DNA from: Octopus bimaculoides
Taxonomy: Eukaryota
Assembly: GCF_001194135.2 (NCBI RefSeq)
Contig: NC_068984.1
Span: 101,750,520 to 101,782,974, forward strand
Direction: 5' to 3'
Length of the DNA stretch: 32,455 bases
Position numbers and translations under genes: made by a program. Positions 11,346-21,752 of this stretch are shown piece after piece; position 1 is the first letter of the stretch, and each line of letters starts with the position of its first letter. The notes beneath the pieces are model-generated. The model was not told the DNA's origin and made no database searches. It saw only the letters and a program-made list of their open reading frames with translations.

Positions 11346-12329
11346 TATAATTGCACTGCTAACATAGTAGGACACAGTTTCAAATTATAAAGCATTTGAT
11401 ATACTTTATAGTATATTATGGTTGCACAACAAAATATGGTGTCTCTACATGTAAATAATATGCCAGGAATATGTTTAATATGTAAAACTGGTATATCCAA
11501 TAATGTTATACTACTTTATTTAGTGACTATTTAAGCAATGAGTTTGAGGGTGGTTAATGAATTGGGTATGGTGCTGTACCTATTTTTCCATCTTCTATTG
11601 CATTGTTGTTTAGATTAGGTGTCTTCAGATAAATCAGTGCTGATTATAATTTCTATAGTAAATTTGTAGAATAAACCTCAACATGTGATTTAATAGCACT
11701 GCTAACACACTCAGACACACTGTTGACTTATACTGTGTTTAACATACTTTGTAGTATATTATGGTTGTATAATGAAATAGTGTCCGTACAAGTAATTACC
11801 ATATACATATATAGTGTCTACAACATCATGCTTATGCTTCTTTTCCTTACAAAAACTCTCTTTGGCTCACTTTTCCGCACTGCCCTCTTCTCCTATAACA
11901 AATTTATTGATATACTATTTGCGCTTGTTTTAATTTTAATTTAAATTTTGATTTTGTCAGCTTACATTGTCTATATTTTCTAAACTCTCAAAACGGTTTA
12001 TATGATTTTTCCTTGCAGCAGAAATTACTATTATTTTCCTTCATCAAGGCTTAATGCTTTGTTTTATTCAACTTCACTTCACTTGTTATGAATCTTTATA
12101 TTATATTCGTTAGTGTTCAATTGACTTAACCAACAAATTCTATCAATGTTTGAAATGTAACAACATTCTGTCCTATAAACTTCAGATGTTTATATGATTA
12201 TTTGCCACCTGATTCCCACTGCAACATTTCAAAGACCAATGTATTGTTCTAAAAGTTGACTTTTGTTTGATGATTAGTTACAAGACTCTCAGAATAATAG
12301 TTTGTAAGGTTTTTCAGCTTCAGCAGAAC

Positions 12330-12520
12330 TAATATATGTACATACGTATGCATGCATGCACTCATACACACAGGCACGCATGTACTTACATACGTACATA
12401 CATATTTGTGTGTGTGTGTTTGTTTCAGTGTGTGGTGTGTCTGTGTACACACACACACACGCGTGCGTGCACACACACTTGCGCACGCACACCCACACAC
12501 GCGCACGCACATGCACATAA
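12330..12520. repeat. Compound (CA)/(TG)/(CG) microsatellite
   Basis: Directly visible; source of several spurious ORFs. Confidence 0.9.
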
Positions 12521-12674
12521 TAGAAGCAGGCAGGCCTGAGTAGAGAAGGCAAGTCATTCAGGAGGTCACAAACAACAACAAAAGGACTTTAACAAACCTA
12601 GTTGATTGGTCAGTTGACCAAACAAATTAATCAAACAACTGATTAGTTAATTAATTTAATGTCAAGAAATTCAC

Positions 12675-12728
<54 letters not shown>
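12675..12728. repeat. (AAT)n microsatellite
   Basis: Directly visible perfect tract. Confidence 0.95.
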
Positions 12729-12730
<2 letters not shown>

Positions 12731-12877
12731 GAAGTTGAAGTTGAACCAGCATGTGTGTATTTATTTATTGGCCTTCTTGAGATACAACAAAATCTGTTTC
12801 AACACACAACTTCATACCATGAAGCTTGCAAACCAAATACAAAAATAAATATGTGTATATATAATGTCATATATGTG

Positions 12878-13400
12878 AAGGCACGTGGCTCAGTGGTTAA
12901 GGTATTCAGCTTATGATCATAAGGACGTGTGTTTGGTTCCTGGTGGTGAGTTGTGTTCTTAAGCAAGACCCTTTATTTCCTGTTGCTTCAGTCCACTCAG
13001 CTGGCAAGAATGAGTAGTACCTGTAATTCAAAGGGCCAAACTTGTCACTCTCTGTGTCATGCTGAATTTCCCTCAGAACTACATTGAGGATATGCGTGTC
13101 TATGAAGTGCGCAGCCACTTGCACAATAATTTCACGAACAGGCTGTTCCATTGATCTAATTTCTTTACTGCCTACAAGGGGCTAAACATAGAGGGGACAA
13201 ACGGATTAAGTCGATTATATCGACCCCAATGCCTAACTGGTACTTATTTAATCGACCCCGAAAGGATGAAAGGCAAAGTTGACCTCGGCGGAATTTGAAC
13301 TCAGAATGTAGCGGCAGACGAAATACTGCTAACGTTTCTGCTAGCTTGCCGCCATTGATCTAATTAACTGGAATCCTCATCTCCATGACCAACAAAATGT
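12878..13400 (+). mobile_element. Diverged second-family SINE interrupted by a third-family SINE
   Basis: GTGGCTCAGTGGTTAAGG head; body matches 11155-11300. Confidence 0.7.
13162..13353 (-). mobile_element. Third-family SINE (GGCGAGCTGGCAGAA-type head) with 12-bp TSD
   Basis: TSD ATTGATCTAATT at 13150-13161 and 13354-13365; matches 31594-31815. Confidence 0.85.
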
Positions 13401-13534
13401 CAGTATATACATGCATACATTTAAGAAAGGTACATTGGATTATATAGTTCTTGAATGACAATGTCTGAATAACAAGTTGAAAAATCGATGTTGGAATGCC
13501 TTTATCAAACTACTGGATCAAGCTCCAGTAGATT

Positions 13535-13648
13535 TTTTTTGTCACAGACAAGTGAATTTTGGAAGAGGGGCCTTTCAAGTCTACCAGATAGATGAAAAAG
13601 CATTGTAGAAAATGAAGGAGAGAATACTTTAGATTAAAAAAGAACTTG
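13535..13648 (+). mobile_element. Mariner 3' fragment, same family as 14121-15331
   Basis: Closely matches 15200-15305 (TTTTGTCACAGACAAGTGAATTTTGGAAG...TTAGATTAAAAAA). Confidence 0.8.
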
Positions 13649-13794
13649 GTTTATCGTAACACTAGAACTAAACAGCTATAACAAAGTCTGCTTGTTAAGG
13701 GTTAATCTCAGGGTTTTTAACACCAAAATCTACAACAACAACAACAATAATTATCACGTCAATATTCTGATGTTCTTTTTGCTTTCCTTTTCAG

Positions 13795-13917
13795 AATCAG
13801 TTGAAATTGAGGATAATTCTACAATTCATCATTGCTGATGGTGTTTTTATCATTCTACAAGAATCATCACATTTTCCAATGATCTACACATCTGAGCTTG
13901 CTTGAGGGTTATACATC
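13795..13917 (+). other. 5' UTR part of coding exon 1 (implies an upstream non-coding exon that was not located)
   Basis: Strong polypyrimidine tract plus cag acceptor at 13771-13794, with stop codons upstream of the ATG. Confidence 0.55.
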
Positions 13918-14008
13918 ATGAATGAAACCACAACATTCCAGCCATCTACACAATCATTAATCACGTCTCACCCAGTTACACAGTCATCCAACAATGATGT
14001 AATAATAG
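13918..14008 (+). CDS. Coding exon 1 of an uncharacterised 139-aa single-pass membrane protein (MNETTTFQPSTQSLITSHPVTQSSNNDVII-G)
   Basis: The exon starts after a pyrimidine-rich acceptor (tttccttttcag|, 13794/13795). There is an in-frame TGA just upstream of the ATG at 13918. The donor G|gtatat at 14008/14009 is phase 1 and matches exon 2. Confidence 0.75.
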
Positions 14009-14120
14009 GTATATCTTACGTGTATCACTTTAGTTCTTGAATGTTTATGTAAATTGAGACACCATCTGTATTAAAATAATCAAGCTATTTATTCATTTCG
14101 TCACCACATCTTAATATATA

Positions 14121-15331
14121 TTGGGTCATCCCATAAATAATGCGGGCTTTTTTCAATTACATGAACTAAAAATCGGAGGGGGACAGGATAAACTAACTAC
14201 ATGAACTTGCTATAAAAGCAGGTAGTAATTTTACTTCGTCCTTATTCTTAGTGCAAGTTTGGAAGAGTGCTTTTCAATTTGAACAGTTATTTTTTCAAAG
14301 CTATAATGGAAGTGACAAAGGAGCATATTTGGCATATTTTGCTAGAAAAGTGTGAGGAATATAAATACAGTATGTGGGGATCAGTCAATAAGTGTAACCA
14401 GTGTCAATGGTGGTTCCAGAAATTCCATGTCAGAAACTACAGCCTAGAAGACAAGCTTTGTCCTGGAAGATCTGTAGAACTTGACGAGGACGTCCTGCAA
14501 ACCCTGGTAGAACAAAATCCCATCATTACTGTTAAGGATCTAGCAGAGAAGCTTGGATTTGGTCATTCAACCATTTATTGACACCTGTGTGCCATTGGGA
14601 AAGTCAGCAAATTGGGTCAGTGGGTTCCTCACAAATTTTCCAAGTCTAACCATGTGCAGAGAGTGAATGTGTGCTCTTCTATGTTGTCATGTCACACAAA
14701 TGAACCTTTTTTGGACTGAATAGTGACTGGTGATGAGAAATGGATTCTCTATAAAAATGTCAAGTGCCAAAGACAGTGGGTAAGGAAAGGAGAAACACTG
14801 GCACTCATGCTAAAGAAGGTCTTTACCCAAGTAAGATGTTATCTGTTTGGTGGGATATGAAAGGTTTAGTCCACTTTGAACTTTTAAACCCAAACCAAAC
14901 GATAACAAAGGAGATATACTGCGAATAGCTTGAGCAGCTTAAATTAGCACTAGAAGAAAAATGACCATCTTTGGTTTCAAGATGAAAGGTGTTCTTCCAT
15001 TACAATAATACTCAGCCACATACAGCAAGAATGACACTCCAAAGGCTGGAGCAGTTTGAATGGGAAATGATGCCCCACCCACCACATTCGCCAGACATTG
15101 CCCCATCTGATTACCATTTATTCCGCAGTCTTCAAAATCATTTGGATGGAAAAAATATGAATTCTGTAGACAAGGTAAGAACAGTAATGGAAAAGTATTT
15201 TTTGTCACAAACAAGTGAATTTTGGAAGAAGGGCCTTTCAAGTCTACCAGATAGATGGAAAAACATTGTAGAAAATGAAGGAGAGAATATTTTAGATTAA
15301 AAAAAAACGCATTATTTATGGAATGACCCAA
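14121..15331 (+). mobile_element. Near full-length inactive mariner (DD34D) transposon in intron 1
   Basis: TIR TTGGGTCATCCCATAAATAATGCG / CGCATTATTTATGGAATGACCCAA with TA TSDs (14119-20, 15332-33). Transposase motifs WVPH, VTGDEKW, HSPDIAPSDYHLF, with stops and frameshifts. Confidence 0.95.
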
Positions 15332-15370
15332 TAAAATGAATGTGTGTTTGTTTATGTGTGTATGTAGGTT

Positions 15371-15412
<42 letters not shown>

Positions 15413-15470
15413 TGTGTGTGTGTGTGTTTGAATATATGCATTTAGCTATGTGTATATGTTTGTGTGTATA

Positions 15471-15745
15471 CAGGGCCAGCACCAGGAAGTGCAGGACCCA
15501 ATTAGAGAATTGTCAGTGGGGCCCTCTACTCTATAAAAGCTAAAGACTGATGTTTTATGCATCATGTAGTATACCAGTCCCTTCCAAAAAAGCATTGAAG
15601 GATCGAAGCTCCACCATTAGCCACAATGATATACTAAAAAGCGAAAGCTTATATGAGAGTTTTAATGTTTTATTACAAGTCAAGCGTGTGTGTGTGTGTG
15701 GCCCAATCTGAACAAATCAGTCTAACTTTCTTAAAACTGTCACTG
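15471..15745. mobile_element. hAT-like MITE with 8-bp TSD
   Basis: Ends CAGGGCCAGC and ACTGTCACTG (imperfect TIR). TSD TGTGTATA at 15463-15470 and 15746-15753, though the flank is microsatellite-like. Confidence 0.55.
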
Positions 15746-16044
15746 TGTGTATATCACTAATCCTTATCTGTTCCAAGTAAGATAATATTTCTCCGTGGCT
15801 AGACATGTTTACATGGTAGTACACTGCTTGTAAGATGGTGATACTTGTTTTATAATTATCATGTGATGTCAAGACAAAGAGACAGTAACATTCCCATCTT
15901 CCAACACACATAAACACATGCATACACACACATACATGTGCACATATACATACACATTACACACACACACATTTTTTTATTATCATCAGTCAACCATAGA
16001 CGAAACTATAGTATCTTCATGTCATAACGTTTTCTATGGAATTA

Positions 16045-16205
16045 TATGCAACAGGTTTCTTTCAGTTTTCATTTACCAAATCCACTCACAAGGCTTTGGT
16101 TCATCAAGGATTATAGAAGTTACTTGCCCAACATACCACACAGTAGACTGAACCCAAAGCCAAGTGGCCGGGAAGCAAACTTTTTAATCACATGGCCATG
16201 CCTGC
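16045..16205 (-). mobile_element. SINE head fragment
   Basis: TTTCAGTTTTCATTTACCAAATCCACTCACAAGGCTTTGG family match. Confidence 0.7.
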
Positions 16206-16584
16206 ACCTACACACACACGTACGCACACACACTCACACATTTATAGATTTAGTTTTTAAAAAATTCCAAGAAGGAAATAAAATTGGCCTCTTTCTCTGT
16301 GATTATCTCATTGTTTAAATATTTTTTTTTCTTGTACAAACAGACTGCTTGTGCATGCAGCCTTCCCTTCAACCTGTTGCCTATTCTATATGCCTACACT
16401 ATCTAATCTCCTATCTGTTGTGCTTACTGTATACCCTTTCATTTTCCCATCATCTCTTCTACACACCATACCATTGAGAAGAAAGCTGAGGAAATGATAA
16501 AGGACCAGGAGATGTGATTTGCTGTACTTGATAAGACACATCAAGCTAAGTAAAATCGCTGTCTTCCACACATACAGGCTTGTA

Positions 16585-16853
16585 CTTTCAGGTGCTGGTA
16601 CCACTTGAAAAGTACCCATGTCAGTGGTGCATTAATGCACCCATGCCAGTGCTGCATAAATGCACCCTTGTCTGTGGCACATAAAAAGCACCCAGCACAC
16701 TCTGTTAAGTGGTTGGTATTAGGAATGGTATCCAGCCATAGGAACCATGCCACAACAGATAGTTAGAGTCCGGACAGCTCCCTGCTAGCCAGCTCCATAT
16801 CAAACCATCCAACCCATGCCAGCATGGAGAGTGGATGTTAAATGATGATGATG
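16585..16853 (+). mobile_element. RTE LINE 3' end
   Basis: AAAAGCACCCAGCACACTCT...CCAACCCATGCCAGCATGG...ATGATGATG. Confidence 0.75.
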
Positions 16854-17094
16854 AAAGCAATCAGTTTATGCATATTTATCACTGGGGTTGATTGGAATCA
16901 ACTTAACACCTTCTCCAAACTTGCTGGCCTTGTGTCAAAATTCGAAACCAATATTTTTCCATAGCCAGAAATGTTTACCATGGAAGACTGGAAATGAACA
17001 ACACTGCATATATGATAGGGATACTCATTCGCAACCATTATACGTTGTCACAGCAAGGGTAGACACAAACGTGTGCACACATACACGCATACTG

Positions 17095-17225
17095 ATGATG
17101 GGCTTCTTTCAGTTTCCCCTCACAAAGCTTTGGTCTGCTCAGGGCTATAGTGGAAGATACTGTGGTGTGAGACTGAACCTGAGATCGCATGGTTGGGAAC
17201 AAACTTCTTAACCACACAGCCTTAT
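17095..17225 (-). mobile_element. SINE head fragment
   Basis: GGGCTTCTTTCAGTTTCC...TTAACCACACAGCC. Confidence 0.7.
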
Positions 17226-17244
17226 CTGCACTAGNNNNNNNNNN

Positions 17245-17281
<37 letters not shown>

Positions 17282-18006
17282 TTTCTTCCTTATGATAATT
17301 GTTAGTTATTTCTTCCTTGTGGTTCAGGATTACTAGAATCTCCTTGGAAGCTGCATAGTTTACTTCCAAAGGAGATCCTAGTTATATCTGAATCATAAGA
17401 AAGAAATAACAACAGAATGGACCTAGGTGCTGAGACCATAGTAGCATGCACTGGAGGAAGGAGGAAATGGTAACAGACGAATCAACAATCAAAGGGAAAC
17501 AATTCTAACAAATTCTTTCTTAGGCATAGAAATAGAAGGATGAACTGCTAGAAAAAGCAGCCTCAAAACTAATATCCATAATGAATTCAGAAATAATACC
17601 AGGCCAGCAGGAGAGAGAATAGGAGAGACATCTAGAAAAGTCAATAACACTATAAATAATAGAAATAGGCATACAGGTTTATGCAACTGTGCTAGAGGTA
17701 AACTATGCCTATTGGACAAAGAATGTTAACTGAACAACCTGGTCTATAGATGCCAAGTTACCTGGGAGGGAACAGAATACTTTTATAGGGTCCTGGTTCT
17801 CTTTTTTTCAAAAGGAAACTAGCCAATTGTTTAAATTCTTTTAGAAATAGGAAAAAAATAAATAATACAAGCCTAAGCAAACTAATTTGGTCAATTAGAG
17901 ACAAAAATAATAGCTATTCCATCGATTGGGAACTAATTGGTATTGTTAAGCCTTATCAAATAGGGGGAAATAGACGAAACCTATGTGTAGAGGAACTTTA
18001 CCAGAT

Positions 18007-20696
18007 CATCATTATCATCATCATCGTTTAACGTCCGCTTCCATGCTAGCATGGGTTGGACGATTTGACTGAGGACTGGCGAACCAGATCGCTGCACCAG
18101 GCTCCAATCTGATCTGGCAGTTTCTACAGCTGGATGCCCTTCCTAACGTCAACCACTCCTAGAGTGTAGTGGGTGCTTTTACATGCCACCGGCACGAAGG
18201 CCAGTCAGACAGTACTGGCAATGGCCACGCTCAAATGGTGTTTTTTACATGCCACCTGCACAGGAACCAGTCCAGTTCGAATGTTTTTTCACGTGTCACT
18301 GGCACAAGTGCCAGTAAGGCGACGCTGATAATGTTCACGCTTAAATGGTGCTTTTTACATGCCAACCGCACAGAAGCCAGACTACTGCTCTGGCAATGAT
18401 CATGCTTGGATGGTGCTATTAGCATTCCACTGGCACGGGTGCCAGTCAACGAATTTGGTTCGATTTCAATTTCACTTGCCTCAACAGGTCTTCGCAAGCA
18501 GAGTTTAGTGTCCAATGAAGGAAAGGTACGCATAAGTGGGCTGGCTACACTGCTGGCAAAGGCCACAGGTTATAGTCTCACTTGGCTTGCTGGGTCTTCT
18601 CATGCACAGTATATTTCCAAAGGTCTTGGTCACTAGTCATTGCCTCGGTGAGGCCTAATGTTCGAAGTTCGTGCTTCACCACCTCATCCCGGGTCTTCTT
18701 GGGTCTATCTCTTCCACAGGTTCCCTCAACCACTAGAGCGTGACACTTTTTCACACAGTTATCCTCATTCATTCTCGCCACATGATCATACCAGCGCAAT
18801 CGTCTCTCTTGCACACCATAACTGATGCTTCTTAGGTCCAACTTTTCTCTCAAGGTACTTACACTCTATCGAGTATGCACACTGACATTACACNNNNNNN
18901 NNNNNNNNNNNNNNNNNNNNNNNNNNNNNNNNNNNNNNNNNNNNNNNNNNNNNNNNNNNNNNNNNNNNNNNNNNNNNNNNNNNNNNNNNNNNNNNNNNNN
19001 NNNNNNNNNNNNNNNNNNNNNNNNNNNNNNNNNNNNNNNNNNNNNNNNNNNNNNNNNNNNNNNNNNNNNNNNNNNNNNNNNNNNNNNNNNNNNNNNNNNN
19101 NNNNNNNNNNNNNNNNNNNNNNNNNNNNNNNNNNNNNNNNNNNNNNNNNNNNNNNNNNNNNNNNNNNNNNNNNNNNNNNNNNNNNNNNNNNNNNNNNNNN
19201 NNNNNNNNNNNNNNNNNNNNNNNNNNNNNNNNNNNNNNNNNNNNNNNNNNNNNNNNNNNNNNNNNNNNNNNNNNNNNNNNNNNNNNNNNNNNNNNNNNNN
19301 NNNNNNNNNNNNNNNNNNNNNNNNNNNNNNNNNNNNNNNNNNNNNNNNNNNNNNNNNNNNNNNNNNNNNNNNNNNNNNNNNNNNNNNNNNNNNNNNNNNN
19401 NNNNNNNNNNNNNNNNNNNNNNNNNNNNNNNNNNNNNNNNNNNNNNNNNNNNNNNNNNNNNNNNNNNNNNNNNNNNNNNNNNNNNNNNNNNNNNNNNNNN
19501 NNNNNNNNNNNNNNNNNNNNNNNNNNNNNNNNNNNNNNNNNNNNNNNNNNNNNNNNNNNNNNNNNNNNNNNNNNNNNNNNNNNNNNNNNNNNNNNNNNNN
19601 NNNNNNNNNNNNNNNNNNNNNNNNNNNNNNNNNNNNNNNNNNNNNNNNNNNNNNNNNNNNNNNNNNNNNNNNNNNNNNNNNNNNNNNNNNNNNNNNNNNN
19701 NNNNNNNNNNNNNNNNNNNNNNNNNNNNNNNNNNNNNNNNNNNNNNNNNNNNNNNNNNNNNNNNNNNNNNNNNAGAGGTTTATCTTTGGCTAGGTATTTC
19801 TCCTGCAGCTGTCTTACCAGAAATACGGTATCAGTGGTGCTTTTCCCTGTTACAAACCCAAACTGCATCTCATCTAAATTGACCCTCTCCCTAATTAGTT
19901 GGGCTATGACCCTCTCCGTGACCTTCATTACCTGATCCAACAACTTGATACCTCTGTAATTATTTGTATCTAAAGCATCACCTTTACCTTTGTAGCAGTT
20001 GACTATGGTGCTGCTACATCAGTCATTAGGTATGACTCCTTCCTGTATCATCTGGTTAACAATACGGGTGACTAGGCTATAGCTGATACTGCCAGATATT
20101 TTGAGCATCTCTGCAGTGATTCCTGATGGGCTGGGGGCTTTCCCTGTCTCCATACTCTTAATTGCTTTATCTACCAAGGTACTGTCAACTCGGATAGCTG
20201 GTCCCTCTGTTGGGTCGACATTCGGCAGACTCTCTTTCTCCCTTTCATTTCCTTTATTGAGGAACCTTTCATAGTGACATCTCCAAACCTCTCTTTTTGC
20301 AGCCTCATTTAGTGCAAGTGACCCATCAACCATGCGGACACATATCTCTCCTCTGACATCACGATTCTCTCTCACACACTGTCTTGCAACATGAAATACC
20401 TAAAGTCTTTGGTCCTCACGGTACAGAACATTGGCAAATTTTTTCTTATCTGCTAAATAAGCCTGCCTCCTAGCTTCCCTTCTAGCAGTCTGATACAATT
20501 CCCTGCTACCACCGTTCTTCCAGTCCTTCCAAGCCTGTTTCTTTTCTTTAATGGCCCTGTCAACAACATTGTTCCACCACCACGTTATTTTGGGTCGAGA
20601 GGGGACTTTGCACCATCCACAGATCTGGTCAGTGGCCCTCAGCAGGTTGTCCCGTAGAAACCTCCAGTTTTGTTCTACATCGTGTGAAGCTATATC
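18007..20696 (-). mobile_element. 5'-truncated RTE-clade LINE (RT region, partly in an N gap), inactive
   Basis: Minus-strand frames KITWWWNN, DEMQFGFVTGKSTTDTVFLVRQLQEKY and RRLRWYDHVARM...; (GAT)n tail; TSD CCAGAT at 18001-18006 and 20697-20702. Confidence 0.92.
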
Positions 20697-20724
20697 CCAG
20701 ATATTTACAACAAAACATACGTTA

Positions 20725-21150
20725 GAAAGTTAAAGAAGTGATTTTTTTAATTCTCAATCGCAGAATAGTGCTAATAATATAGCCTGAACAAGATAAACTA
20801 CCCCTATTTTGCAGAGAAAAGTGTAGGTGGCTAGCTGTGGACACAAACTCACATCCCCGTGATTATGCGCCACGATGCTTTGACCGATTAAGCTAAACTA
20901 CCCACTACAAATTCCTCTGCAAATTTAAGATATATAAATCTCGCTTTATGAGACGCTCTCATATGTTAAATTCAAATAACGACAAACGTAAATAAACAAA
21001 CGAAGTTTGCTTTTAGAAGCGTTGAGATGTGTTAGAAAGTTAAAGAAGTGATTTTTAAAATTCTCAATCGCAGAATAATACTAATAATATAGCCTGAACA
21101 GAATAAACTACCCCTATTTTGCAGAGAAAAGTGTAGGTGGCTAGCTGTGG
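20725..21150. mobile_element. 426-bp insert with 123-bp terminal direct repeats and a tRNA-like core
   Basis: Repeats 20721-20843 and 21031-21153 differ at about 6 positions. TSD ACATACGTTA (20715-24) and ACATATGTTA (21151-60). Removing the insert restores the Penelope reading frame. Confidence 0.75.
20829..20902 (-). pseudogene. tRNA-like cloverleaf (CAT anticodon, Met-like) with a degenerate T-loop
   Basis: GGTAGTT TA GCTT AATCGGTCA AAGC AT CGTGG CGCATAA TCACG GGGAT GTGAG TTTGTG TCCAC AGCTAGC C, followed by TTTT 8 nt downstream. The B box is broken. Confidence 0.55.
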
Positions 21151-21707
21151 ACATATGTTAATTACAACAAGATACGAACAAGCTCTAAGAAGTTTACACA
21201 AACACAAACAGTAGGACCTTTTAAGAGATATAGGGAAAATTCTAGATAGCCAACACCCCAGCAACAATTGAGCTTGATGTGACAAATAGAATAACATAAC
21301 CTAAACATTAAAAATTTTTAATACCTATCATTAATAAAAGATTAAAAAAAAATACCCTACCCAAGGTGTAACATAAATCAGAGCAGCCCAACCCAAAAAA
21401 TGAATATAAATAAACATGAACTCTTCAATACAAATACTACACTCAAAATCAAAACAAAACACGTGCAACCATTAAAATGAATAAAGAACTTTATAAAAAC
21501 ACTAATCTAGACCTTGACCTATTTTAGATCAAGCTCTAACTTTGGACAGCAGCTTGTGTGTGTCTCAGGTCAGCAGCACAGGCCTATAAATAACAACACC
21601 CCACCCCTCACAGAACACTAACAGAAATTTACTTCAATCAGTTCACTTCGAGGATGACCAAATGGACGGACTCTGAACTGACAATAATGCAAGGATTTCA
21701 GGGTTAT

Positions 21708-21752
21708 CGAACGCCGACGAAGGGAAATAACCCTGAAATCCGGATCTGTTCG
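21708..21752 (+). ncRNA. Minimal type I hammerhead ribozyme (U4C variant) with CCGG helix III loop
   Basis: CGAACG CCGACGA AGGG aaataa CCCT GAAA T CCGG A TC|TGTTCG. Helices I-III are all complementary; predicted cleavage after 21746. Confidence 0.75.

Larger units (their letters stand above)
10200..11819. repeat. Hammerhead-bearing repeat array (Penelope pLTR or retrozyme-like): one inverted unit, ~375-bp tandem period and a ~500-bp duplication
   Basis: TGTAACAAATCAGTG recurs at 10399 and 10774. 10200-10384 is an inverted copy of ~10660-10835. 10436-10958 is repeated at 11346-11819. Confidence 0.8.
17330..21690 (+). mobile_element. Decayed Penelope-like element split by two younger insertions
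   Basis: Remnants CNCARGK.CLLDKECL.EQ.VYRCQVTWEGTEYF and RLANCLNSFRNRKKINNTSLSKLIWSIRDK...WELIGIVKPY...NLCVEELYQ|IFTTKHTL|ITTRYEQALRSLHKHKQ*. The 3' UTR is colinear with the 100-865 copy. Confidence 0.75.

Noticed and set aside
20829-20902. Functional tRNA-Met gene
   Set aside because: The T-loop and B box are destroyed (TTTGTG instead of TTCRA), U33 is missing and there is an acceptor mismatch. Kept only as a tRNA-like pseudogene.
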